The notes beneath the pieces are model-generated. The model was not told the DNA's origin. It did no database searches and was given only the letters and a program-made list of their open reading frames with translations. From positions 19,778,001-19,842,000 of the forward strand of contig NC_043024.1 in the NCBI RefSeq assembly GCF_006345805.1: a DNA stretch of 64,000 bases, in the 5' to 3' direction. This stretch comes from Octopus sinensis (lineage: Eukaryota). How positions within the stretch are numbered: the first letter of the stretch is position 1; each line of letters begins with the position of its first letter. The position numbers and the translations under genes are program-made. Shown here piece by piece: positions 36,148 through 48,800 of this stretch.

Positions 36148-36558
36148 AGGCGCAGGAGTGGCTGTGGTGGTAAGTAGCTTGCTAACCGAACACATGGTTC
36201 GGTCAGTTCCCACTGCGTGGCATCTTGGGCAAGTGTCTTCTGCTATAGCCCCGGGCCAACCAATGCCTTGTGAGTGGATTTGGTAGACGGAAACTGAAAG
36301 AAGCCTGTCGTATATATGTATATATATATATGTATGGTGTGTGTTTTGTGTGTCTGTGTTGTCCCCTAGCAATTGCTTGACAACCGATGCTGGTGTGTGT
36401 TTACGTCCCCGTCACTTAGCGGTCCGGCAAAAGAGACCGATAGAATAAGTACTGGGCTTACAAAAGAATAAGTCCCGGGGTCGAGTTGCTTGTTAAAAGG
36501 CGGTGCTCCAGCATGGCTGCAGTAATGACTGAAACAAGTAAAAGAGTAAAGAGAGAGA
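36148..36558 (+). mobile_element. SINE family A (indel-rich copy)
   Basis: Colinear with the family consensus. Confidence 0.85.
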
Positions 36559-36789
36559 GATTTTTTTGTGATGTGATACTAGGTTATTTTTTATAGCATT
36601 GTGAGAATGGGAGCTGGTGTGGCTGCTTGGTTCGGAAGCACAACTATAAGCAGCCATGTGGTGGTTCTTGCCCTTGTGGGTTCATTCCCACTGCATGGCA
36701 CCTTGGGCAGGTGTCTTCTTATTTCTTTATTGCCCACAAGCAGCTAAACACAGGGGTCAAACAAGGACAGACAAACGGATTAAATTGAT

Positions 36790-37040
36790 TACATCGTTAC
36801 CAGCATCACCTTACTGGCACCTGTGCCGGTGGCATGTTTAAAAGATTCGAGCGAAGTCGTTGCCAGTACCGCCTGACTGGCCCCGTGCTGGTGGCATGTA
36901 AAAGCACCTACTACACTCTCAGAGTGGTTGGCATTAGGAAGGGCATCCAGCAGTAGAAACTCTACCAGATCAAGATTGAAGCCTGGTGCAGCCATCTTGT
37001 TCGCCAGCTCTCAGTCATTCGTCCAACTCATGCTAGCATG
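36790..37040 (+). mobile_element. Family C element
   Basis: Homologous to the RTE 3' UTR at 63540-64000. Confidence 0.75.
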
Positions 37041-37619
37041 GTGGTGGTGGTGGTGGTGGTGGTGGTGGTGGTGGTGGTGGTGGTGGTGATGATGATGATC
37101 GGGCAGTTTGACAAGCGCTGGCAAGCCAGTTGACTGTGCCAAGCTCCATTGTCTGTTATGTCATAATTTCCCATGGCTGGATGCCCTTCCTAACACCAGC
37201 CACCTTACAGAGTGCCCTGGAGCTCATTTTCATAGCACCAGCAGGGTCTCCAAATAACTTGCAAAAGCAAGACAAAGTCCCCTCATCTGGGGTGGGGAGT
37301 AGTTTTGAGATAGGTGGCTCTGTGCCGGTTGATGAGAATACTAGAGGAGATACGAGGGTACACCAGTTGGGAAAGAAAGGAGAGAAAGAGAGACTTAAAA
37401 AGAAAGATAAAGATAGAGAGAATGAGAGAGATGGTAGTAGAGATGTGTCAAGACATATCTTCAAGGTACAGTGGTGAGGTGAATATAGGTGAAGTGATAG
37501 AGAGGATTAGATGGGGTGAGAGGGCAGAGATCATAGCGGGGGAAATGTATGTATATAGGGGTGATGCCGGAAAGTTCTTGGCTCTAAGGGAATTGCAAAA
37601 GGCCTGGCAAGAGACCCAA

Positions 37620-37838
37620 CTTTCCAAGTTAGCATGCCAGGCAAAATGCTTAGTGGTATTTCGTCTGTCGTTACGTTCTGAGTTCAAATTCTGCCGAGGC
37701 CAACTTTGCCTTTCATCCTTTCGGGGTCGATTAAATAAGTACCAGTTACATACTGGGGTCGATATAATCGACTTAATCCGTTTGTCTGTCCTTGTTTGTC
37801 CCCTCTATGTGTAGCCCCTTGTGGGTAGTAAAGAAATA
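37620..37838 (+). mobile_element. SINE family B
   Basis: Colinear with the other copies. Confidence 0.8.
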
Positions 37839-39005
37839 CGTATTGCAAAAGGTCTGATTGGAGGCCAAACCTGAGTTCTTTTACAAGATTTAGAAAAACT
37901 GAACAACCACTGCAATAAGTATGTGAATCTGAGAGGGGAATATGTTGAATAAAATCATAATTAACTGATCCTCCCCTATTTTTCTTTTACCCAAAGCCAG
38001 GGACTTTTCAGTACCCACGCATATGTGTGTATTTGTCCTTGCATTCATTTTTGTCCTCCACCTCACACTTGGCAACAAGTGTTGGTTTGTTTATACCCTT
38101 GTGACTTAGAAATTCAGCAAAAGTGATCGATAGAATAAATACCAGACTTTAAACAAAAAACTAAGTGCTGGCATCGATTTGTTTGACTAAATCTTTCAAG
38201 ATGTTGCCCCAACATGACCACAGTCACACCTAAATAGAGCATGTTATTCGAAAGTGATTTGGGTGTTATTTCTAGCATGCCAAACCACCACACAGAACCT
38301 CCTCCAGCAGTTTTGTCTAAGATCAAAGTGTAGCGTCTATTCTTATCATTCAAGATGAATTCTTTTTTTTATATTTCTCAAAGGTGTTGACTAGCAGAGA
38401 AAAATCAATAATTTGAGATCATTATATATGCCAGATCAATCAATCAGTGAATCAAAAATCAGTAACCAAGGTTTGGTGTAAGCATGGTGCTGTAGTTCAC
38501 AAGCTTGTTTTGCATCTGTGAGGCTTGGGTTCAATCCCACTCTGTGGCACCTTGGGCAGGTGACTTCCACTCTTTTTAACTTCAATTGGCTCAATGTCTT
38601 GTGAGTGAATTTGCTGAATGGAAACTGCACAGAAACCCATCATATGTGAGTGTGTATGTGCTTTCATATCAAATATACGTCACGATGGGCATAAGATAGA
38701 ATAAGAACAATGATAAGTGAATGAAGAATGAATATATAATGGGTGTGTGTTCATTTGACAAAATAAAAAGGATCATCCCGAAATATAACAAAACCTGCTT
38801 CAACACATGGTTTGACATCAAGAATCTTGCAAAACAAACTTCTATTTATTTATTTGATATTGTGTTTAAACATTTACCAAGAAATTAACAGGGGTCTTTT
38901 CACAAGCAAGTGACCCTTAAAAAAAAATAAAAGAAAATTAAAAGATTAAATAAAATATAGAAATTCTTGTTCCAATCATGACATTTGTCTTTGCTTACAT
39001 TGCAG

Positions 39006-39076
39006 CCCCGACAGGGAGTCCCCAGAACCTAATTGCAAAGAGCTCGTCTCCAACCAAGATAGAGGTGTTCTGGAAT
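39006..39076 (+). CDS. 71-bp exon encoding the N-terminal part of the next FN3 domain, phase 1-0
   Basis: TTGCAG acceptor and GTAAGT donor; encodes (A)PTGSPQNLIAKSSSPTKIEVFWN; same length and phase as 4965-5035. Confidence 0.88.
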
Positions 39077-39129
39077 GTAAGTCTAATTCCCTCTTTTCTT
39101 CCTTTCTTTCCTGCTTATTCCTCTCCCCA

Positions 39130-39413
39130 TTTTTCTTCTCTAATCAAGCACCCCCTTCTCTCTCTCTCCCATACTCATTTTCTCTCTCTTACTCTCTCTC
39201 TCTTTTTTACTCTTTCTCTCTTACCTTTTCTTTCTCTCACTCTCTCTCTCTCTCTCTTGCTGTCTCTCTCTCTCCCATATTCTTTTTTCTCTTTTACTCT
39301 TTCTCTCTTACCCTTTCTCTCTCTGTCTCTGTCTCTCTCTATTTCTGTCTCTCTCCCATACTCGTTTTCTCTCTCTTACTCTCTCTCTCTTTTTCTCTTT
39401 CTCTCTTACCCTT

Positions 39414-39450
<37 letters not shown>

Positions 39451-39679
39451 TGTCTCTCTTCCATACTCATTTTCACTCTCTCTTACTCTTTCTTTCTCTC
39501 TCTTACTCTTTCTCTCTTTTACTCTTTCTTTCTCTCTCTCTTTTACTATTGTCTCTTACTATTTCTCTCTCTCTCTCTTAGCTTTGTCTCTTACCCTCTC
39601 TGTCTCACACTTTCTTTCTGCTTCATACTCTCTCTCTTCCTCTCTGTCTTACTCTCTTTCTCTCTTCTAGATTTGTCTC

Positions 39680-39712
<33 letters not shown>
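39130..39712. repeat. (CT)n-rich polypyrimidine low-complexity tract
   Basis: Direct inspection. Confidence 0.9.
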
Positions 39713-39716
<4 letters not shown>

Positions 39717-39744
39717 TAGCTATTCATTCATCCTTTTTCTTTTC

Positions 39745-40147
39745 TTTTCTTTAACTTGTTTCAGTCATTTGACTGCGGCCATGCTGCAGCACCGCCTTTA
39801 GTCGAGCAAATCGACCCCGGGACTTATTCTTTGTAAGCCCAGTACTTATTCTATCGGTCTCTTTTGCCGAACTGCTAAGTAACGGGGACGTAAACACACC
39901 AGCATCGGTTGTCAAGCAATGCTAGGGGGGACAAACACAGACACACAAACATACACACACACACACATATATATATATACATATATACGACAGGCTTCTT
40001 TCAGTTTCCGTCTTCCAAATCCACTCACAAGGCATTGGTCAGCCCAGGGCTATAGCAGAAAACACTTGCCCAAGATGCCATGCAGTGGGACTGAACCCGG
40101 AACCATGTGGTTGGTTAGCAAGCTACTTACCACACAGCCACTCCTCT
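39745..40147 (-). mobile_element. SINE family A
   Basis: Colinear with the family consensus. Confidence 0.85.
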
Positions 40148-40323
40148 CACCATCTCTTCAGAAAATAAGCAGTATTGTTTATTTTCAATATTCTGTGAAA
40201 AGATGTCTGCTGGTCATAGGGAGATATTACCTTGCTAGGAAAACAGGTGAGGGTTGGTGACAGGAAGGGCACCTGGTCTCAATGAAATCCATCTGACCCA
40301 TGCTGACATAGAAAAAAGGGATG

Positions 40324-40771
40324 TTAACCCTTTCATTACTGTATTTCTGTTGAGATGCTCTGTGTTTCTTTCAATTAATTTTAAATATAACATAGAATTT
40401 AGTAAAATAACTTGGTTATCATTAAGCTAGTGTTAGGAACATAAATTGTGACTAAGGTTTGGTGAAAGATTTTAATTTAGAACTTATGAAAACAAGACAT
40501 TTATACTACTGAGCCAGAGGTGGTTTCAGCTGAGTTGGTATCAAATGGGTTAAGAATTGTTTCTCTATTATATATTTTAACCCTTTCATTACCATATTTA
40601 TTTTGAGGTGCTCTGCGTTTCTTTCAACTATTTTAAATATAACAGAGAATTTAGTAAAATAACTTAGTTATCATTCAGCTAGTGTTAGGAACATAAATTG
40701 TGACTATGGTTTGGTGGAAGATTTGAATTCAAAACTTATGGAAACAAAACAGTTGGTAACGGAAGGGTTAA
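40324..40771. mobile_element. Two adjacent TTAA-bounded (piggyBac-like) MITEs (40324-40553 and 40577-40771)
   Basis: TTAA-CCCTTTC ... GGG-TTAA termini; a related inverted copy at 46214-47015 is split by a SINE A (46313-46708). Confidence 0.75.
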
Positions 40772-40879
40772 AGCGGTGACATGAATGTTCTTGATTATTT
40801 TTGAAATTTCTGTTCATAACTACCTCATATTCTTTAATAAAAGAAAAAAATTAACTGCTACTGTAATACTGTAAATTAA

Positions 40880-41550
40880 TCACATTTAAATTAAGGCATT
40901 GAATTCCAATTTTATTTCAGGAACTTTCACAGTTTTGTTCCTAATACCAATGTTATTTTATTAAATCCATCCAAATTCTTGAATATTTTCAAAAAATTCT
41001 GCTAAGGACCAATAGTGGTTCTGCTTTCCATTGAACTACATCTAAATTAAAACTTTTGTCTCTAATTTTTATCAAAGAAACAGTTACTTGAATATTCCAA
41101 AACATAACAATGAAAAGATTTAGCAAACTTATTAAATTCTTCCAAATTTTTAGTTGTTTTCAAAATTCCTCCAAGACCAATTTTGGATTTAGGATACAAT
41201 GTTACGTTTCTATAATAAATTAATATTTTCTATCATAATTTTATCTCAGGAACTTTCGCAAAGTTATGGATTTAGCACCAGTTTTATAATTCAGAAAACC
41301 AGTTAATAAATCTCTCCAAATTCTTGAAAATTTTCAAAAAAATTCTGCATGGAACTAAAGCCAGTTCAAAGCCACCCATTGTATATTAATCATATTTAAA
41401 TTAAAATATTTATTCTTAATTTTTTTTCTAAGGAACATTTTCTTAAATTATGTTCTAAACACAATACGGAAGAAAGTTAGAAAATTTATTAAATTCTTCT
41501 AAAATTTGGGTTATTTCCAAAACTCTTTCCAAGACCAACTTTGCTTTTGC
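40880..41550. repeat. Highly diverged AT-rich tandem repeat (~155-185 bp period); further units at ~43010-43350 and ~45060-45330
   Basis: Recurring anchors TAAATTAA (40887, 41043, 41216, 41397, 43017, 43201, 45180), TTCCAAATTCTT-like and AAGACCA-like. Confidence 0.6.
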
Positions 41551-41574
41551 TTTTATGGTATAAAGCTACATTTC

Positions 41575-42325
41575 TTTTATTCTTTCACTTGTTTTGGTCA
41601 ATTGACTGTGGCCATGCTACAGCATCAGCTTGAAGGGTTTTAGTTGTATGAATCCACCCCAGGGTTTATTTTTTAAAGCCTAGTCCTTATTTTGTCTTTT
41701 GCTGAACTGCTAAGTTACAGGACAGGTGGTGGTGGGGAACAAACACACACACACACACACACACACATACATACATGCTTATATATATATATATATGGCA
41801 CGTAAAAATACCATTCGAGCATGATTGTTACCTACGCCACCTTACTGGCACTTGTGCTGGTGGCACGTGAAAAAACATTCGAGCAAGGTCATTGCCAGTG
41901 CTGCTGGACTGGCTCCTGTGCAGGTGGCACATGAAAAGTACCATTTGAGCGTGGCCAGTACTGCCTGACTGAACCTTGTGCCAGTGACATGTAAAAGCAC
42001 CCACTACACTCTTCGAGTGGTTGGCATTAGGAAGGGCATCCAGCAGTAGAAGCTCTGCCAGATCAGATTGGAGCCTGGAGCAACCATCTGGTTCACCAGA
42101 CCTCAGTCAAATCATCCAACTCATGCTAGCATGGAAAGCGGATGTGAAACGATGATGATGATATATATATATGATGGGCTTCTTTCAGTTTCTGTCTACC
42201 AAGTCCACTCACAAGTCTTTGGTTAGCCCAAGGCTATAGTGGAAAGACACTTGGCCAAGGTGCCACACAGTGGGACTGAACATGGAGCTATGGGTTTGGA
42301 AAGTAAGCTTCTTACCACACACCTG
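41575..42325 (-). mobile_element. SINE family A with a family C element (41797-42162, +) nested in its (TA)n tract
   Basis: Direct inspection of both junctions. Confidence 0.8.
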
Positions 42326-42606
42326 CTTTTCTTTTATAATTTTACCTTAGAAGCTACCATTTACTTATGTTGCCAATTTAATTCTTGTGAAAACCATATT
42401 ACTTCAGTCCTTTGTATATTATCCAATCACCTCATTCTTGGTCTATTCCAAGGTCTTCTGCATCTTGGTTCAGCTTGATGAATCTGCCTTATAATTCTTT
42501 CCTGCGACATTCTACTCACATGTCTGCAGTACCAGAACTGTGGTCTTTCAATGCAGACAAGGAGTGGCTCAACCTGGAGAGACCAAACCCATCTATTGAA
42601 AATTAA

Positions 42607-43009
42607 TCTTTATATATAAAAGTGAGGTTGTGTGCTGTCTGTCTCCTACAATTTAGATTCCTAACTACTCCCATATTTTGCGGTCCAGTTTAACCAAAAC
42701 CGGGTATCTTATAGTCGTGATTCATATCGAGCCCTTCTGGGTATTAGCGCACGTCTACGATGAGTCTACAATCTTTAAAAAAATTTGCCATCATTTTTTT
42801 TCCATGTTAATGCATTTTTTTCGCTATTATATAAGGGAAGTAACTCTCTAAAATGTCTACGATGAGTCAACGATTAAAAAAAAAAATTTACCATAATTTT
42901 TTTTCCATTTTTAATGCATTTTTTTGCTATTTTTTGGCTATAACTCTCTAAAAATGCTTATATAGTTATTTCCCTTACAAACCCGAGCAACGCCGGGCGA
43001 TACTGCTAG
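42607..43009 (+). mobile_element. Non-autonomous Helitron monomer (same family as 27399-29710)
   Basis: A|TC...CCCGAGCAACGCCGGG...CTAG|T insertion into an AT dinucleotide. Confidence 0.88.
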
Positions 43010-43472
43010 TTACATTTAAATTAAATCATTCCATCTTAATTTTTACCTTTTACTATGTTCCAAGAACTACCTGAATGAGAAGAAAGTTATTTTAACAAAT
43101 CCTTCCAAATTCTTGGATATTTTCAAAATCCTACTCAAGACCACTCCTAGTTCTTTGATGGAAAAACAAATGGCAAAAGTCATCTATCGTGAATTATATT
43201 TAAATTAAAGCATTCAGTCCTAATCTTATCAAAGAATCTTTTGCTATATTCATAAATCAGTTGAAGAACGGGAAAAAAATGTAGTTATTTTTAATAAATG
43301 ACTTCAAATTTTTCACTATTTTAAAATTCTACTTATATAATTTTGGTTCCAACAAGCAATTTAGCTAGTTAAGAAAATCTCTATGAGAGACGAAAACAGT
43401 GACTATACTAAGGATTAATGTTTAATACTACTTCAACATGACTGCTTTGCAGAAACTAATGTTACTACCATT

Positions 43473-43924
43473 TTAACCCCAGGAGGACACCTCCTCCAGC
43501 TGGTTATTCAATGCAGTCTGCACCCAATAGATATCGTAAGCCGGGTCCCGTTGCTGGAAGAGGGTAAGGATTTGCTACCTTGCAACCTTGCTTGCAATAT
43601 ATAAAATTAAATAAATAAATAAATGTGCCTTTTTAAAGACTAGCCAGGCTCATGGGTCCGGTTTCCCAGTTTCTATGGCATATGTGTTCCCCCCAGCTGG
43701 ATGAGACGCCAGTCAATTGCAGCGTTACTCATTTTTGCCAGCTGAGTGAACTGGAGCAACGTGAAAATGAAGTGTTTTGCTCAAGAACACAGTGCGTCGC
43801 CCAGTCCAGGAATCGAAACCACAATCTTACGATCATGATGCTGACACCCTAACTACTAAACCACGCGCCTGCACCTCGCAATATATATTGGGTGGATACT
43901 GTATTGATAACCAGCTGTGGTTAA
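43473..43924. mobile_element. TTAA-bounded inverted-repeat element with a nested tRNA-type SINE (~43590-43877)
   Basis: The left arm TTAACC..CAGCTGGTTATTCAATGCAGTCTGCACCCAATAGATAT matches the reverse complement of the right arm; GCAATATATA is duplicated around the SINE. Confidence 0.6.
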
Positions 43925-44304
43925 AATGATGGAAACGTCAGTTCCTATGGAGCAACCATGTTGAAATAGCGTTAAAAAATTTTCATTCCTTTAAACATTA
44001 AATATATTTAAATATGTCACGTTCAATCCTAACTCGATATATTTTAACTCTAAATTTCATATTTATTGAAATCTGCAACATTCAGTTGTGACTTTATTAT
44101 CTTTTTGTCCCCTTTTCCTCAGCTGAAGGATCAAATAAAATTCATTGAGTTCATTACTCTTTACTCTTTCAAATGACTGAAACAAGTAAAAGAGTAAAAG
44201 TGTATATATAAATATCTGTACACACATATATACATACATTCATACATACATACACCCATTGGCATTGCTGTATGGTTAAGACACTTACTTTGCAATGCAG
44301 ATTA

Positions 44305-44895
44305 AGGTGGCAAGCTGGCAGAAACATTAGCACGCCGGGCAAAATGCTTAGCAGTATTTCATCTGCCATTATGTTCTGAGTTCAAATTCCGCCAAGGTCA
44401 ACTTTGCCTTTCATCCTTTCGGGCTCGATTAAATAAGTACCAGTTACACACTGGGGTCGATGTAATCGACTTAACCCCTTTGTCTGTCCTTGTTTGTCCC
44501 TTCTGTGTTTGGCCCCTTGTGGGTAGTAAAGAAATAGAAATAGGTATTTCGTCTGCCGTTACATTTTGAGTTCAAATTCCGCCAAGGTCGACTTTACCCT
44601 TCATCCTTTCGGAGTCATTAAATTAAGTACCAGTTACGCACTGAGGTCGATGTAATCAACTTAATCCGTTTGTCTGTCCTTGTTTGTCCCCTCTGTGTTA
44701 ATAGAAATAGGTATTTCATCTGTCGTTACATTTTGAGTTCAAATTCCGCCAAGGTCGACTTTGCCTTTCATCCTTTTGGGGTCGATTAAATAAGTACCAG
44801 TTATGCACTGGGGTCGATGTAATCGACTTAATCCATTTGTCTGTCCTTGTCTGTCCCCTCTGTGTTTAGCCCCTTGTGGGTAATAAAGAAATAAG
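44305..44895 (+). mobile_element. SINE family B trimer
   Basis: GAAATAG|GTATTTC junctions near 44540 and 44708. Confidence 0.85.
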
Positions 44896-45389
44896 AACCC
44901 TACTTTGCAATGCAAGAGGTTTCAGTTTCAATCCCACTGCATAGTACCTTGAACAAGTATCTTCATTTTCTATCATGGGTCCAAGAAGCCACGCAGTGGA
45001 ACTGAACCTGAAGCCATGCGTTTGCCTAGCAAATTTCTTAACACACAGCCACACCTAAATTTCTGTAAATTCTTGATTCTTTTGATAATTCCAGTCACAG
45101 GAGACTAAACAATGCCACCTCCCCACTCCTTGGTTCCAGAATACAAAACCAAAACCACTCATTATAAATTATTCATGTTTAAATTAAAGTATTTCATCCT
45201 AATTTTATCTAAGAACCTTTCATGAAGCGATGTTCTCAATGCCGGTTTAATAATTGGAAAGCCAGAGTCATTATTAAATCCCTTCAAATTCTTCATTGTT
45301 TCCAAAATTAATTGAAACTTATAATGGGCAGAACATTTCTATAGAAATATGGGCATGAAAGCGTTAATGATCAATTAACACATGGACCT

Positions 45390-45646
45390 TATACTCACAC
45401 ACACACGTGTGTGTGTGTGTATGTGTGTGTGTGTGTGTGTGTGTATGTATATATATATATGTATATATATATATGTGTATATATATATATATATATGTGT
45501 ATATATATATATATATGTATGTATATATGTATATATATATATGTACATATGTATATATGTATATATGTATATATATATATATTTGTATGCATATATATAT
45601 ATGTATATATGTATATATATATATGTATATATATGTATATATATAA

Positions 45647-45731
<85 letters not shown>

Positions 45732-45789
45732 CATATATATATATACATATATATATACATATATATATATTATATACATATATATATAC

Positions 45790-45837
<48 letters not shown>

Positions 45838-45880
45838 ATATATATATATATATATTTGTATGTATATATATTTGTATATA
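45390..45880. repeat. (CA/TG)n plus (TA)n array
   Basis: Direct inspection. Confidence 0.95.
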
Positions 45881-46475
45881 TTTATTGATTGGTTATTGGT
45901 TATTGAACAGAGATAAGGAGCATAGCTTTGCGGACACACACAACATGAATTCAATTACATATACGAGTTTGGAACATTGTCTGTTATCTCGCGTCAACGA
46001 AAGATAAGGATGGGTGGAATTACAGGCTGCTACCCTTCACTAACATTCTGCATTACTATAAAACCATCCTGGTTTAAATGTGATAAATATTGATTTTAAC
46101 AGCTACACATTGGTGAAGCATGTGAGCCAATACAGGAAACCCCCCAATGTGGTTTATTGACCTGCTAGACATCACACCCTTAAAATATCTGAATTGTCGA
46201 GGTATGAAGGTCTTTAACCCTTTTTTTGATACGAAAATACATGGCCTACCTTTGGTTTTATGATACAAATAATTCTTTGTTTAAAAGAATCTAAATTGAA
46301 ATTAACAACAAAGGCGCAGGAGTGGCTGTGCGGTAAGTAGCTTGCTTACCAACCACATGGTTCCGGGTTCAGTCCCACTGCATGGCACCTTGGGCAAGTG
46401 TTTTCTACTATAGCCTCGGGCCGACCAAAGCCTTGTGAGTGGATTTGGTAGGCGGAAACTGAAACAAGCCTGTCG

Positions 46476-46510
<35 letters not shown>

Positions 46511-47119
46511 ATTTGTCCCCCAACAACACTTGACAACCGGTGCTGGTGTGTTTACGTCCTCGTAACTTAGCGGTTCGGCAAAAGAGACCGATAAAAAAAG
46601 TACTAGGCTTACAAAGAATAAGTCCTGGGGTCGATTTGCTCAACTAAAGAAAGGCGATGCTCCAGCATGGCCACAGTCAAATGACTGAAACAAGTAAAAG
46701 AGAGTAAAGTTATTTAACTGAATTCCTTATTATTTCGAAAATTAATTGAATGAAAGCAGAGAATTTCAATCGAAATATAATAGCAAAAGGTCGATCTTTT
46801 TGATGCCGACCCATCTAAAACTGCCCCAGAGTCTGTTGATACAGAATTTCCATTTTCATGCGATCTAAATTAACATCTTTCATTGAAATTTTGTGTTAAT
46901 TTATGTTCTAAAGATCAGCTTTGTACAGTTATTTTATTACACGCTTCGTTATTTTCAGAATTAATTGAAACAAAAGCAATGAATTTCAATGGATATTTAG
47001 TAACAAAGGGGTTAATAGCACAGCTTAAGGGATACTTTTCTAATAATTTATTAAACATTATCATTTTTCATTGTATTTTCACTCAGTCTCTCTCAAAGGC
47101 CAATTTATTTTGAATATCT

Positions 47120-47511
47120 TTTCTTTACTCTTTTACTCTTTTACTTGTTTCAGTTATTTGACTGCGGCCATGCTGGAGCACCGCCTTTTAGCTGGGCAAA
47201 TCGACCCCAGGACTTATTCTTTGTAAGCCTAGTACTTATTCTATCGGTTCCTTTTGCCAAACCGCTAGGTTACGGGGACGTAAACACACCAGCATCGGTT
47301 GTCAAGCGATGTTAGAGGGACAAACACAGACACACAGATACACATACACACACACACACACACATACATATATATATTGGCCTGCTCGCTTAGCCAACGG
47401 GATGGCGTCATTTAAAGGCTAAAACAATGTGAAGCGCATTGTGACCAGCGATGTGTAGCAATATCTGATAGCCTGGTCGGTCACGGTGATATATATATAT
47501 ACATACATACA

Positions 47512-47568
<57 letters not shown>

Positions 47569-47735
47569 TATACATGTAGACGATGGGCTTCTTTAAGTTT
47601 CCATCTACCAAATCCACTCACAAGGCTTTGGTTGGCCCAAGGCTATAGTAGGAGACACTTGCCCAAGGTGCCACACAGTGGGAATGAACCTGGAACCATG
47701 TGGTGTGTAAGCAAGCTACTTACGACACGCCTACT
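47120..47735 (-). mobile_element. SINE family A with a ~110-bp foreign repeat (47378-47488) nested in its (TA)n tract
   Basis: The insert is homologous to ~51610-51700. Confidence 0.75.
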
Positions 47736-47984
47736 CCTACACCTATATCTGTCATTTTTTTTTTAATATATTTTTGCAAACACCTTTCAGATGCAATTGC
47801 TACCATTTGACAGCTCTGCATACCAGACACTAGCAGGCATATGGGGTCATCAGGAGAAAATGTGTGCCATTTCAGGGCCTTCCTTTCAATAATATTACTG
47901 TACACTGGCAGTGCCTCACTCGAAGGAAGCCCTACTTGATAGATCAACTGGTTTCTGAACTTCACTCAATATTCTTTTAGGCCA

Positions 47985-48800
47985 GTGCTGCCTTGACTGG
48001 CTTCCGTGCCAGTGGCACATAAAAAGCATCAACCGATCATGGCCGTTGCCAGCCTCCCCTGGCACATGTGCCAGTGGCACGTAAAAAGCACCCACTACAC
48101 TCATGGAGTGGTTGGCATTAGGAAGGGCATCCAGCTGTAGAAACACTGCCAGATCAGACTAGAGCCTGGTGCAGCCTTCTGGCTTCCTAGACCCCAGTTG
48201 AACCGTCCAACCCATGCTAGCAAGGGAAACGGATGTCAAACAATGACGACGATGACGATGATGATGATGATGATGATGATATTGCTCATCATCTCTTTTT
48301 AACTAAATTTAGTGGCTTAAAAGCACAAAAACACAGAGTTGAATGCCATCTCTTAAGGATTGACTAACAAAATCAATAACTTGGCACAAATGGAAGACAA
48401 TAAACCTTTTTAACCAGTTCTAGGATACAAAATTTCCATCTTTAAGTGATCCAAATTAAAACTTTCCATCAAAATTTCATCATCATCATCATTATTTAAC
48501 GTCCGCTTTCCATGCTAGCATGGATTGGAAGATTTGACTGAGGGCTGGCGAACCAGAAGGCTGCGCCAGGCTCCAATCTGATCTGGCAGAGTTTCTACAG
48601 CTGGATGCCCTTCCTAACGCCAACCACTCCGAGAGTGTAGTGAGTGCTTTTATGTGCCACCGGCATGAGGGCCAGTCAGGCGGTCGGTACTGGCAACAAC
48701 CACGCTCAAATGATGCCTTTTATGTGCCACCTGCACAAGAGCCAGTCCAGCAGCACTGGCAACAACCTCGCTTGAATGTTTTTTCACGTGTTACCAGTAC
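47985..48800. mobile_element. Two family C elements in tail-to-tail orientation (47985-48280 +, 48478-48800 -)
   Basis: Both end in (GAT)n/(ATC)n and match the RTE 3' UTR. Confidence 0.75.

Noticed and set aside
42520-42605. Candidate next host exon after TCTGCAG
   Set aside because: The phase-0 translation (YQNCGLSMQTRSGSTW...) is not FN3-like; the opposite strand resembles a decayed RTE end.
43536-43570. Twister-ribozyme-like GCCGGGTCCC...GAGGG string
   Set aside because: The P4 3' strand and the P2 pairing cannot be completed; only a superficial resemblance.
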